Source: Bdellovibrionota bacterium
GTDB taxonomy: Bacteria > Bdellovibrionota_G > JALEGL01 > DATDPG01
Length of the DNA stretch: 64,000 bases
Direction of reading: 5' to 3'
NCBI GenBank assembly: GCA_963668355.1
Contig: OY764265.1
Location: forward strand, 1,344,001-1,408,000
Below the pieces are notes generated by a model. It was not told the origin of the DNA. It ran no database searches and worked only from the letters and a program-made list of their open reading frames with translations. Of this stretch, positions 56,077 through 64,000 are shown piece after piece. Both the position numbers and the translations under genes were made by a program. How positions within the stretch are numbered: position 1 is the first letter of the stretch; the number at the start of each line of letters is the position of its first letter.

Positions 56077-56478
56077 ATGGAATCAAAGTTAAGAATTTTA
56101 GTGGCGAAGCCTGGACTGGATGGTCACGATCGGGGTGCAAAAGTTGTTGCAAGAGCCTTGAGAGATGCAGGATTTGAAGTGATTTATACCGGCCTTCATC
56201 AGACTCCGCAGATGATTGTCAACGCGGCCATTGATGAAGATGTAGATGCGGTGAGTATGTCTATTTTATCTGGTGCGCATATGTTTCTCTTCCCTGAAGT
56301 GATTCGCCTGCTGAAAGAAAATGACGCCTCCGATATTACCGTGTTTGGAGGAGGAATTGTTCCGGAGGGGGATATCCCAAAATTGAAAGAAGCTGGGGTT
56401 GCGGAAATTTTCACCCCGGGTGTGTCGTTGGAAAATATTGTGAAATGGGTCAAGGAGAACGTTAAATCGACAAAGTGA
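56077..56478 (+). CDS. Cobalamin-binding small subunit of the acyl-CoA mutase (IcmB-like)
   Basis: [13 protein letters not shown] (DxHxxG), SILSGAH, GGIVP, FTPG. Confidence 0.95.
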   Translation: MESKLRILVAKPGLDGHDRGAKVVARALRDAGFEVIYTGLHQTPQMIVNAAIDEDVDAVSMSILSGAHMFLFPEVIRLLKENDASDITVFGGGIVPEGDIPKLKEAGVAEIFTPGVSLENIVKWVKENVKSTK

Positions 56479-56487
56479 GGAACACGC

Positions 56488-57630
56488 ATGGACTTCCAAT
56501 ATGATGAAAACCATCAAATGATTCGTGACATGGTTCGGGCATTTGCCTTGGAAGAGGTGAAACCCGGAGCCCAGGAGAGAGACGAGACGGGGGAATTCCC
56601 CTTTGAGCTGGTCAAAAAACTGGGTGAATTGGGCTTGATGGGGATCATGGTTCCGGAAGATTTGGGTGGTGCCGGAATGGATGTAACGTCATTCGCCATC
56701 ATCGTAGAGGAATTGGCCAGACACGACGGCTCTCTGGCGTTAACTGTGGCCTCTCACAATGGTTTGGGAACCAGTCATTTGCTTACGTTCGGGAGTGATG
56801 AATTAAAGAAAAAATATCTTCCTTCCATGGCTTCCGGAGAGAAATTGGCGGCCTGGGGTTTGACGGAGCCCAGTTCTGGATCGGATGCTTTGGGAATGAA
56901 GACGACCGCTGTGAAAGAGGGAGATTTTTGGATTTTGAATGGAGCCAAGAACTTCATTACACAGGGGTCGGTGGGAGACGTGTTCGTAATTTTGGCGGTC
57001 ACGGATAAAGATCAAGGAAGCCATGGGGTGAGTGCCTTCTTGCTTGAGAAAGGTTGGGAAGGTTTCGAAATCGGGGCCAAAGAAGATAAGTATGGTTGTC
57101 GAAGCAGCGATACGGCCTCTCTTTCCTTTGAGAATGTGAAAGTCCCTTCATCGCATATGATCGGAAAAGAGGGGGAAGCTTTCATTGATACGCTGAAAAT
57201 CCTCGACCGAGGGCGAGTCATCATTGGTGCGATGGCATTGGGCTTAGGTAAACAGGCGTTGGAAGATGCCGCCAAATACTCGAAGGAGCGGGAAGCTTTT
57301 GGAAAGACGATTGCGAATTTTCAAGCCATCCAATGGATGTTGGCCGATTCCGCCACGGAGTTAGAAGCGGCCGAGAAGCTGATTCAGCATGCCGCCTGGC
57401 TGCATGATCAGAAAAAATTCGCAAAGAAAGAGTCTTCCATGGCCAAGCTTTATGCTTCGGAGGCGGCTTGGCGAGCGTGCAATCGCGCCATCCAAATTCA
57501 TGGTGGCTATGGGTACGTGAAAGAGTATCCCGTAGAGCGATATGTTCGAGATGTGAAGCTGTGTGAAATTGGTGAGGGGACCAGTGAAATTCAACGAGAA
57601 GTCATCGCAAGTCAGATGATCGACGCATAA
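56488..57630 (+). CDS. Second acyl-CoA dehydrogenase (possibly branched-chain)
   Basis: [41 protein letters not shown]. Confidence 0.92.
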   Translation: MDFQYDENHQMIRDMVRAFALEEVKPGAQERDETGEFPFELVKKLGELGLMGIMVPEDLGGAGMDVTSFAIIVEELARHDGSLALTVASHNGLGTSHLLTFGSDELKKKYLPSMASGEKLAAWGLTEPSSGSDALGMKTTAVKEGDFWILNGAKNFITQGSVGDVFVILAVTDKDQGSHGVSAFLLEKGWEGFEIGAKEDKYGCRSSDTASLSFENVKVPSSHMIGKEGEAFIDTLKILDRGRVIIGAMALGLGKQALEDAAKYSKEREAFGKTIANFQAIQWMLADSATELEAAEKLIQHAAWLHDQKKFAKKESSMAKLYASEAAWRACNRAIQIHGGYGYVKEYPVERYVRDVKLCEIGEGTSEIQREVIASQMIDA

Positions 57631-57633
57631 GAA

Positions 57634-58257
57634 ATGGCTATTTTTTCCCAAACGTATCATTTTCTCGCCCAAGGGGGCCCCGCCATGGCGGTGCTTTTTT
57701 TGGGATCGGTTCTTTGTGTGGCATTCATTCTGGAAAGACTTTCGGCCCTTCAGCGCAAGAAAATTCTTCCATCCAAGTTCATGTCCGATTTGGAGTCGCT
57801 GAGTTTGGAAAAAAAGTCTTCCGAAGCTCTTGCGGTTTGTAAAGCAGGGGAATCTCCCATTGCGCGAATCGTGCTCGCGGGACTTGAAAAACGTGAGCAT
57901 TCCAAAGAGCACGTTCGGGAAGCCATGGAAATGGCGGGTCGTCGCGAAGTGAGCAATATGGAAAAACATCTCGAGGCCTTGGCTACGTTAGCAGCCGCAG
58001 GTCCTTTGGTGGGGCTTTTGGGAACCGTGACGGGAATGATTCGAACGTTTTCCGTTGTAAAGGCTTTTGGTGTGGGGGATCCCATGCGTCTTTCGGGAGG
58101 AATCTCTGAAGCTCTGATCAGTACAGCGGCCGGCCTTGTGTTGGCGATTCCTGCATTGGTGTTTCACCGCTATTTCTTAAGAAAAATTGATCGATTGGTG
58201 TTGGAGATCGAGGAATATACCGAACGAATTTTGGATTCCTTTATGGAGGGGAAATGA
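57634..58257 (+). CDS. exbB: MotA/TolQ/ExbB proton channel protein
   Basis: GG.AM...ER, AGPLVGLLGTVTGMI..F, GISEALISTAAGL..AIP. Confidence 0.9.
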   Translation: MAIFSQTYHFLAQGGPAMAVLFLGSVLCVAFILERLSALQRKKILPSKFMSDLESLSLEKKSSEALAVCKAGESPIARIVLAGLEKREHSKEHVREAMEMAGRREVSNMEKHLEALATLAAAGPLVGLLGTVTGMIRTFSVVKAFGVGDPMRLSGGISEALISTAAGLVLAIPALVFHRYFLRKIDRLVLEIEEYTERILDSFMEGK

Positions 58258-58676
58258 AAATTCCCCGGCGTAAGAGGGCCTCTTCGTCGGTGGACATTGC
58301 CATGACTCCTTTGGTGGATCTGTTTCTAAATATCCTCATTTTCTTTTTGGTCACGACAACCTTCACAGCCGACACCGTTTTTTTCGTGGATTTACCCGAA
58401 GCCAAAGCTTCTCAGGACTTAGGAGAAACGAAAAAGGTTTCGATTCATCTGAGTGCCTCGGGGCAAGTGGCCTTCAATAGTCAGGTGGTAGAGGTGAACG
58501 ATTTAAAATCCATGTTGGAAGGAATTCCTGATCATCGCAGGGGATCCATTCCAGTGGTTTTGAGAGCAGATAAGAGCACGCCCCATGGAACGGTTGTGTC
58601 CGTTATCGATATTCTTCGTGAAGTGGGATTGCAGAACGTCGGCATTGTGACTGAAACGGCCAAGGAGCGAATGTGA
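58254..58676 (+). CDS. exbD: ExbD/TolR family protein
   Basis: MTPLVD..LNILIFFLVT, DLP.A, LRADK..PHG.VV.VID; ATGA overlap with exbB. Confidence 0.9.
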   Translation: MKIPRRKRASSSVDIAMTPLVDLFLNILIFFLVTTTFTADTVFFVDLPEAKASQDLGETKKVSIHLSASGQVAFNSQVVEVNDLKSMLEGIPDHRRGSIPVVLRADKSTPHGTVVSVIDILREVGLQNVGIVTETAKERM

Positions 58677-60658
58677 CCCGAAAAGACGAAGCGAAGTTGT
58701 TGCGCAAGCCCACCGAAAAAGATGTGAAAGGAAGTAATCTTGCGCAGTATTTGAAATGGTTGGATCAAAAAGGTTATGGGAAGTTTAAAAATTATGGGGA
58801 ATTGCACAAATGGTCCATCCAAAATCTGAATGATTTTTGGGAGTCGATTTGGAAATGGAGTGGTGTCATTGCCACGGCCCAGCATGAAAAGGTATTGGCC
58901 AAAGATCAGATGCCCGGAGCAAAGTGGTTTCCCGGAGCCAAACTGAATTTTGCCCAGAATCTTTTGCGTTGGGCGTGGGGCGGAGGACCCAATAAGGTTG
59001 CCATCACCTCCGTCGCTGAAGGTCGGCCAGATATTCAAATTACTTATTTGGAACTTTTGGAGAAGGTTGGGAATTTTGCTTCTTTTCTTCAGTTAAGGGG
59101 CGTTGGCGTGGGAGATCGGGTGGCGGCGATCACAACCAATGGTCCAGAAGCTGTGATTGGAATGCTGGCGGCCACCAGCATCGGAGCCATTTGGTCTTCG
59201 TGTTCCCCGGACTTTGGCTTTCAGGGAATTTTGGATCGTTTCGGACAAATTGCGCCGAAGGTTCTGATTGCCGTGGATGGCTATCGCTACGGGGGCAAAG
59301 AATACTTGCTGCATGAACGTCTGCAAAAAGTCAGCAAGGAAATTCCCTCGATTGAAACCATGGTCATTGTTCGGCAACTGCAGCAAGAAGAGAACAAGAC
59401 GCTGGAAGGAACTTTTCTGAAGAAGGCCCATTTTTGGGATGAGATCATGTCTCAGTCTTGGCCCTCACAATTGGAGTTTGTCTCCCTTCCTTTTGATCAT
59501 CCGGTATACATTCTGTATTCATCGGGGACGACGGGAAAGCCGAAGTGCATTGTCCACAGTGCGGGAGGGATTCTTCTTCAGCATAGCAAAGAGTTGATGT
59601 TGCATACGAATGTAACCGAGGAAGACCGTTTCTTTTATTTCACGACCTGCGGATGGATGATGTGGAATTGGCTGGTTTCAGGCCTGATGACGGGGGCCGA
59701 GTTGATTCTTTTTGATGGGTCTCCGGGATACCCCAGTTTGGATCGTTTGTGGCATTTGGCAGCCGATAAACGGATCACCATCTTTGGAACCAGTGCGAAA
59801 TTTTTGGGCAGTTGCCGAACGGCAGGTTTGGAACCCGGCCGGATTTTCCATTTAGAGGAATTAAAAACCATTTGTTCTACGGGGTCTCCTCTGCTTCCTG
59901 AGGACTTCGACTATGTGTATCAACATGTGAAAGACGATGTCTTGTTGTCATCCATTGCCGGCGGCACGGATATCTGCTCTTGCTTTGTTTTGGGAAATCC
60001 AATGCTCCCGGTTTATCGAGGAGAGATTCAATGCAAAGGTCTCGGGATGGCCGTGGCGGCCTATAACGAAGAGGGAAAGGCGGTGATCAACCAAAAAGGT
60101 GAGTTGGTTTGCACCCGTCCCGCTCCCTGTATGCCACTGGAGTTTTGGAATGATCGTGGAGATGACAAGTATGTGAAGGCCTATTTTAAACATTTCCCAG
60201 GCGTTTGGCGGCATGGTGATTACATTGTCGTGACGGAACGTGGAGGGGTGATCATGTTGGGTCGTTCAGATTCCACGCTGAACCCGAGCGGTGTGCGCAT
60301 CGGAACTTCCGAAATTTATCGCCAGGTGGAGACCATGAAAGAAGTCAAAGACTCCTTGGTGGTCGGTCAAGCGTGGAATGGAGACCAACGCGTAGTTTTG
60401 TTTGTGATTCTCAAAGAGGGCAAGAAGTTGGATGATGAATTGAAACAAAAAATCAAAGCCCGAATCATTGAGGGAACCACACCGCGACATGCCCCGGCCG
60501 TCATTCATGAAATCAAAGAAATCCCGTACACGATCAGCGGAAAGAAAGTGGAGATTGCCGTAGCCAAAATGTTGGCAGGCGAAACGATCGAAAACCGCGA
60601 TGCCCTATCCAATCCCAACTCCCTCGACCAATTCCACCCCGAGCTACTTTCTCAATAG
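58673..60658 (+). CDS. Acetoacetyl-CoA synthetase (acetoacetate--CoA ligase)
   Basis: WFPGAKLNFAQNLL, WSSCSPDFG, YSSGTTGKPKCIVH, TTCGWMMWNWL, GGTDI, WRHGD, GRSDSTLNPSGVRIG, TISGKKVE. Confidence 0.93.
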   Translation: MTRKDEAKLLRKPTEKDVKGSNLAQYLKWLDQKGYGKFKNYGELHKWSIQNLNDFWESIWKWSGVIATAQHEKVLAKDQMPGAKWFPGAKLNFAQNLLRWAWGGGPNKVAITSVAEGRPDIQITYLELLEKVGNFASFLQLRGVGVGDRVAAITTNGPEAVIGMLAATSIGAIWSSCSPDFGFQGILDRFGQIAPKVLIAVDGYRYGGKEYLLHERLQKVSKEIPSIETMVIVRQLQQEENKTLEGTFLKKAHFWDEIMSQSWPSQLEFVSLPFDHPVYILYSSGTTGKPKCIVHSAGGILLQHSKELMLHTNVTEEDRFFYFTTCGWMMWNWLVSGLMTGAELILFDGSPGYPSLDRLWHLAADKRITIFGTSAKFLGSCRTAGLEPGRIFHLEELKTICSTGSPLLPEDFDYVYQHVKDDVLLSSIAGGTDICSCFVLGNPMLPVYRGEIQCKGLGMAVAAYNEEGKAVINQKGELVCTRPAPCMPLEFWNDRGDDKYVKAYFKHFPGVWRHGDYIVVTERGGVIMLGRSDSTLNPSGVRIGTSEIYRQVETMKEVKDSLVVGQAWNGDQRVVLFVILKEGKKLDDELKQKIKARIIEGTTPRHAPAVIHEIKEIPYTISGKKVEIAVAKMLAGETIENRDALSNPNSLDQFHPELLSQ

Positions 60659-60714
60659 GGGTTAGGCCCACCCTGGGAAATCAAATTTTAGAAAGGGTTT
60701 GCCGAGTAAGTGTC

Positions 60715-61950
60715 TCAGTTTAGGGCGCTTTCGGCAAAAGCCACGAGTTCGTCGTGCTTGGCCTTTGCATCTTGAAATCCCAAATCAATGAGTTTTTCGA
60801 CGTAAGTGGGCTCAAAGAGAAAGTAGCTGAGCAAGGTTGCGCCTTGTCCCGGTCCGGATTCCAGGAGGCGAAGAATGAATTTTTCCATCATTCCAAAACT
60901 TCTCAAACGTTTGTAAGAGCCCCGAATCGTATCGTCCACAAGCGAAGAGATGTTGACGCTTGGGAAGATGGCCAATGTGCGAATTTGCTGCATCCGTGCT
61001 TCTTGGCAAATGGCTTGGTAGGTGTCCGGAGGGGTTAGGTTCTCGGCAATGGATAAAACGCGATTGACGCGTTCCAATTGTCCAAAGTCAAAGTCCAGCC
61101 GATCGGAAAGATAGGCGTTAAGCATTTTCCCAAGCATATCTCCGAGGGTTGGCCGGAGAAGCGGTGATATTCGAATCTGAGGGTTGCTGGCCTCACCCGT
61201 TAGAGCGTGACGGGTTCCGACGAGCAGAATATGCGAAGCTCCGAGAGAAACCGCAGGAGCCAGGGGGGTGTTCGAGCGGAGACTGCCATCGCTGTAGTAC
61301 AGGCCATGAATGGGTACCGCTGGAAAGAGGATGGGAATGGCGGCAGAAGCCATCACATGTCTGGGGGTGATACGCATATCCCGAGCAGGAGAGCGAAGTG
61401 TGTGGCGAAGTTTTGGACTTCTTTGGAGGAAAATTTCCAAATTTCCCGTGTGCATATTTGTGGCCGAAATGGCCAACGCCTCAACAAGACCCTCTCGAAT
61501 ATTTTTTGAAATGGCCCGAAAGGGGCATCCTTTTTTCAGCGTTCCATAGAAGGGCTGCGTGTCAAAAAGGGCATGGAAATCCAGAGTGTCATCTTCGGGT
61601 TGGCTAAACCCTTTTATGCCAAGTATGTGTGTAAAAAGGCCCAGAGTCGTTCGAAAAATCAATTTGCCGATGGAGTAGGGCCCACGGGCGTAGATGTCAC
61701 GACTTTGGATGTTTCGCCAAAGTTCCACCAACCGTTGGCCTTGAAGAATGGAGTCGTGTGCATAGGCAGCACAAACTGAACTATTGATGGCTCCAACGCT
61801 TGAACCACAAAAAATATGAAATGGAAGGTTCTTTGCCAAATGGGGAGGAAGTTGGGTTCGGATGTAGTGGACAACTCCAGCCTCATAGGCCCCCCGCGTG
61901 CCGCCACCAGACAAAACCAAGGCCGTTCGTTTGGGGAGCTTATCCGTCAT
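60715..61950 (-). CDS. Patatin-like phospholipase/esterase
   Basis: LSGGGTRGAY, GSSVG (GxSxG), ASAAIP.LFP, DGS. Confidence 0.92.
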   Translation of the reverse strand: MTDKLPKRTALVLSGGGTRGAYEAGVVHYIRTQLPPHLAKNLPFHIFCGSSVGAINSSVCAAYAHDSILQGQRLVELWRNIQSRDIYARGPYSIGKLIFRTTLGLFTHILGIKGFSQPEDDTLDFHALFDTQPFYGTLKKGCPFRAISKNIREGLVEALAISATNMHTGNLEIFLQRSPKLRHTLRSPARDMRITPRHVMASAAIPILFPAVPIHGLYYSDGSLRSNTPLAPAVSLGASHILLVGTRHALTGEASNPQIRISPLLRPTLGDMLGKMLNAYLSDRLDFDFGQLERVNRVLSIAENLTPPDTYQAICQEARMQQIRTLAIFPSVNISSLVDDTIRGSYKRLRSFGMMEKFILRLLESGPGQGATLLSYFLFEPTYVEKLIDLGFQDAKAKHDELVAFAESALN

Positions 61951-62009
61951 CTTAGCTACCTATAATACCCTGCCGCCGACGCTTTTCAATGAACGAAGGC
62001 AGGCGTACG

Positions 62010-62342
62010 ATGGCATTCGTGCATTCATTTCTGCGGCTTCGGTTCAAGCGTTGGCACCTTCGTTGGTGGAAGGGACGGAATTACTTTGCTTGGATGGTCG
62101 CGGCCTATCTCATGATCTTGGTGACTTTTTCACTCCTGGGAGATCGAGGACTTTTGCGAAGTCTTCGACTTTGGCATGAGTGCCAGAAGCTGGATGGGGA
62201 AATCGTCGAATTGGAACAAGATGTGCGAGACCTCCGGAAGAACGTGGACTTGTTTCGTCACGATATTCGAACCATTGAAAAATTCGCTCGCGAAGAACTT
62301 CATCTGGCGGGAAAGAACGAAATCCACTATATTTTTAAGTGA
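62010..62342 (+). CDS. ftsB: Septum formation initiator FtsB/DivIC
   Basis: One TM helix, GDRGL, coiled coil, IEKFAREEL...NEIHY.F. Start ATG 62010 or 61989. Confidence 0.85.
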   Translation: MAFVHSFLRLRFKRWHLRWWKGRNYFAWMVAAYLMILVTFSLLGDRGLLRSLRLWHECQKLDGEIVELEQDVRDLRKNVDLFRHDIRTIEKFAREELHLAGKNEIHYIFK

Positions 62343-62361
62343 ATCTTCGTAGGGAGCGTTC

Positions 62362-64000
62362 TTGGTTGTACGTCCATTAAACTATCCGTTTGGTTTCGTC
62401 TTGTTGATGGGCTTAGGTACGTTCTTTTGGCCGGGAGTTCCCTTGTCTTTGGTGGGCCCTCCTTTGGTTGTTGCTTGTCTCCTCGTCAGTTTTTTAGCCT
62501 TTCAAACGGCACCCCGATCTTTTGCCGGGTTTAGAGCGCGAAGAAGGTTGCGAGAAGGAAGTTTGGGGTTTCTGATTGCCCTTTTGGTGGCTTCACAAGT
62601 TTGGAGTCTTCCTTGGCTAACCTGGGTATCGTTTCCTCTTTTTCTCTTGTGGGTTTATGGCGGTTATCCTGCAGAGGATTTGGGGCTGTTGTGGATGGTG
62701 CAAACATTCTTGGTCGTGCTCAGTGCGTGGAGATTCGACCAAATGAATTGGGTTTCGTGTGCAGCCGTGTCCTTCCTGTTGGGAATTTGGGTTCTCTTGG
62801 CCGTCACATTTCGCTCTCAAGAACTTCGAAAACGCAGACGTGTGACGGATCGATTGGATCTGTATGAAAGAGAGGCGAAGCATCTTGCCGTTGGAGCTCA
62901 AGACATTCAGTCTGCTTTGCGGGGCGATGAACGAAAAAAAGCCCATTTGGCATCCATGATTCGGGAACGAGAGGACACGTTCCAAAATTTGGTTCAGGTT
63001 CTTTTCAAAACGTTTGATGCCTACTCCGTCATGTTGTATCTCTACGACTCTTTGGAGGAAAAGTTCGTTGAAAAGGAACGTCTGAGTCACTCCAAACTCT
63101 TGAATGAATTTCGAATCCAACCACTGGAAGGGATTTTCAAGCTTCTGGCGAAGGCCCATGCCCCCATTCGTGTTTCTTCTCGAACCGGTTATGTGAGAGG
63201 GATAACCTATTATCGCTCTGGAGAGGGAGTTCAGGCAGCCATTGCGATTCCTCTGCGTTGTGATGGGATGTTGGAGGGGGCGGTCATCATTGATCGAAAG
63301 GAAGGCATTCCTTTTTTGGATGCGGAGTTAGATGTTGCCACACAGATTGCGGGGCAATTGGCTCGCGCCATCGAAAACGCTGAAGTTCTCCATGCCCATT
63401 TTCAACTCAGAGAGGAGTTGGAAAATTTTTATGAAGCGGCTTCTGCTTTGAATCGTAGCTTGCGCGTGGATGATGTCGTTCAAACCTTGCTCAATTCGGC
63501 GCAAAACATCTCTCATTTTGATTGGGGCCTTGTGGTCTTGCATGGACAAGGGGCTCGGACCAATCGCATCGTGGCCGAATATGGTTCCGAAGGAAAAATG
63601 TGGGTGGGGCGAACCTTTGCGTTGGCGCCAGACCGAGGAGTGGTTTCCTGGGTCATCGCCAATCAAATGCCTTTGTACTATACGGATTTCCACGAAAGAT
63701 ATGACAAGACCATTCTCTTTCATAAACAGCTCAAGGTACCCAATCAGTATTCCTCGGTTTTGATCCTACCGCTACAGCACAAAGGCGAAGCCGTGGGGGC
63801 ATTATTATTGACCTCCAAGCAAAACCACTTTTTTTCAAAGAGCGTTCGAAGCATGTTGGAAGTGGTTGGGATTCAAGCTTCTTCATCTCTAAAGAACGCA
63901 AGGATGGTATCCAAATTGGAGGAATTGGCCACCACGGATGGTCTAACGGGGCTGGTCAATCATCGAACCTTCCAGGAGCGACTCGCGGAAGAATTGATTC
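62362..64000 (+). CDS. Membrane-bound two-GAF diguanylate cyclase (DmxA-like); 3' end runs off the window
   Basis: Not in the ORF track because it is truncated. Frame open from TTG 62362 (AGGGAG SD): several TM helices, two GAF-like segments (AIAIPL...GAVIID; SVLILPL...VGALLL), then LATTDGLTGLVNHRTFQERL, the standard entry into a GGDEF domain. Confidence 0.85.
   Translation, partial: MVVRPLNYPFGFVLLMGLGTFFWPGVPLSLVGPPLVVACLLVSFLAFQTAPRSFAGFRARRRLREGSLGFLIALLVASQVWSLPWLTWVSFPLFLLWVYGGYPAEDLGLLWMVQTFLVVLSAWRFDQMNWVSCAAVSFLLGIWVLLAVTFRSQELRKRRRVTDRLDLYEREAKHLAVGAQDIQSALRGDERKKAHLASMIREREDTFQNLVQVLFKTFDAYSVMLYLYDSLEEKFVEKERLSHSKLLNEFRIQPLEGIFKLLAKAHAPIRVSSRTGYVRGITYYRSGEGVQAAIAIPLRCDGMLEGAVIIDRKEGIPFLDAELDVATQIAGQLARAIENAEVLHAHFQLREELENFYEAASALNRSLRVDDVVQTLLNSAQNISHFDWGLVVLHGQGARTNRIVAEYGSEGKMWVGRTFALAPDRGVVSWVIANQMPLYYTDFHERYDKTILFHKQLKVPNQYSSVLILPLQHKGEAVGALLLTSKQNHFFSKSVRSMLEVVGIQASSSLKNARMVSKLEELATTDGLTGLVNHRTFQERLAEELI

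Noticed and set aside
60655..60715. Terminator between acetoacetyl-CoA synthetase and patatin
   Set aside because: Only a weak, imperfect stem with no clear U-tract on either strand.

Overview
A gene-dense bacterial chromosomal window. Gene content and synteny (Wzp-type barrel plus short OPX, a myxobacterial-style Hanks kinase, ftsB followed by a TM-GAF-GAF diguanylate cyclase, sigma54-type promoters) suggest a deltaproteobacterial lineage such as Bdellovibrionota or Myxococcota relatives; this is inference. (1) 1-752: 5' part of fabH. (2) About 1-40 kb: a large Wzx/Wzy-type surface-glycan locus. It has a secreted helical protein, outer-membrane beta-barrel, short OPX and Wzc export operon, a WecA fused to a CapD-type N-terminal region, nine GT4-type glycosyltransferases, a GT2 and a GT-C enzyme, two Wzy_C/ligase-like proteins, Wzx, two WecB paralogs, three SDR epimerase/decarboxylases, a DegT aminotransferase, an AsnB amidotransferase, a WcaF acetyltransferase, a SAM methyltransferase and a radical SAM/SPASM enzyme. 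The locus switches strand nine times. (3) 40-46.5 kb: housekeeping genes (acpS, yicC, gmk, rpoZ, Ser/Thr kinase, small Sm-like ORF, pgk, tpiA, secG), with two long perfect or near-perfect hairpins between gmk and rpoZ. (4) 46.5-50.3 kb: orphan envelope genes, namely an SH3-beta-barrel with two paralogous lipoproteins, and a divergent pair of secreted orphans under mirror-image sigma54/IHF-like promoters. (5) 50.4-60.7 kb: a C4 acyl-CoA operon with an isobutyryl-CoA-mutase-signature B12 enzyme, embedded exbBD and acetoacetyl-CoA synthetase. (6) A patatin gene, ftsB and a truncated DmxA-like diguanylate cyclase. Many operon-leading genes look leaderless (a -10 hexamer 6-8 nt before the start, with no Shine-Dalgarno). 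I saw no rRNA, tRNA, CRISPR array, transposase or integrase. All functional calls come from motif recognition by eye; no searches were run.
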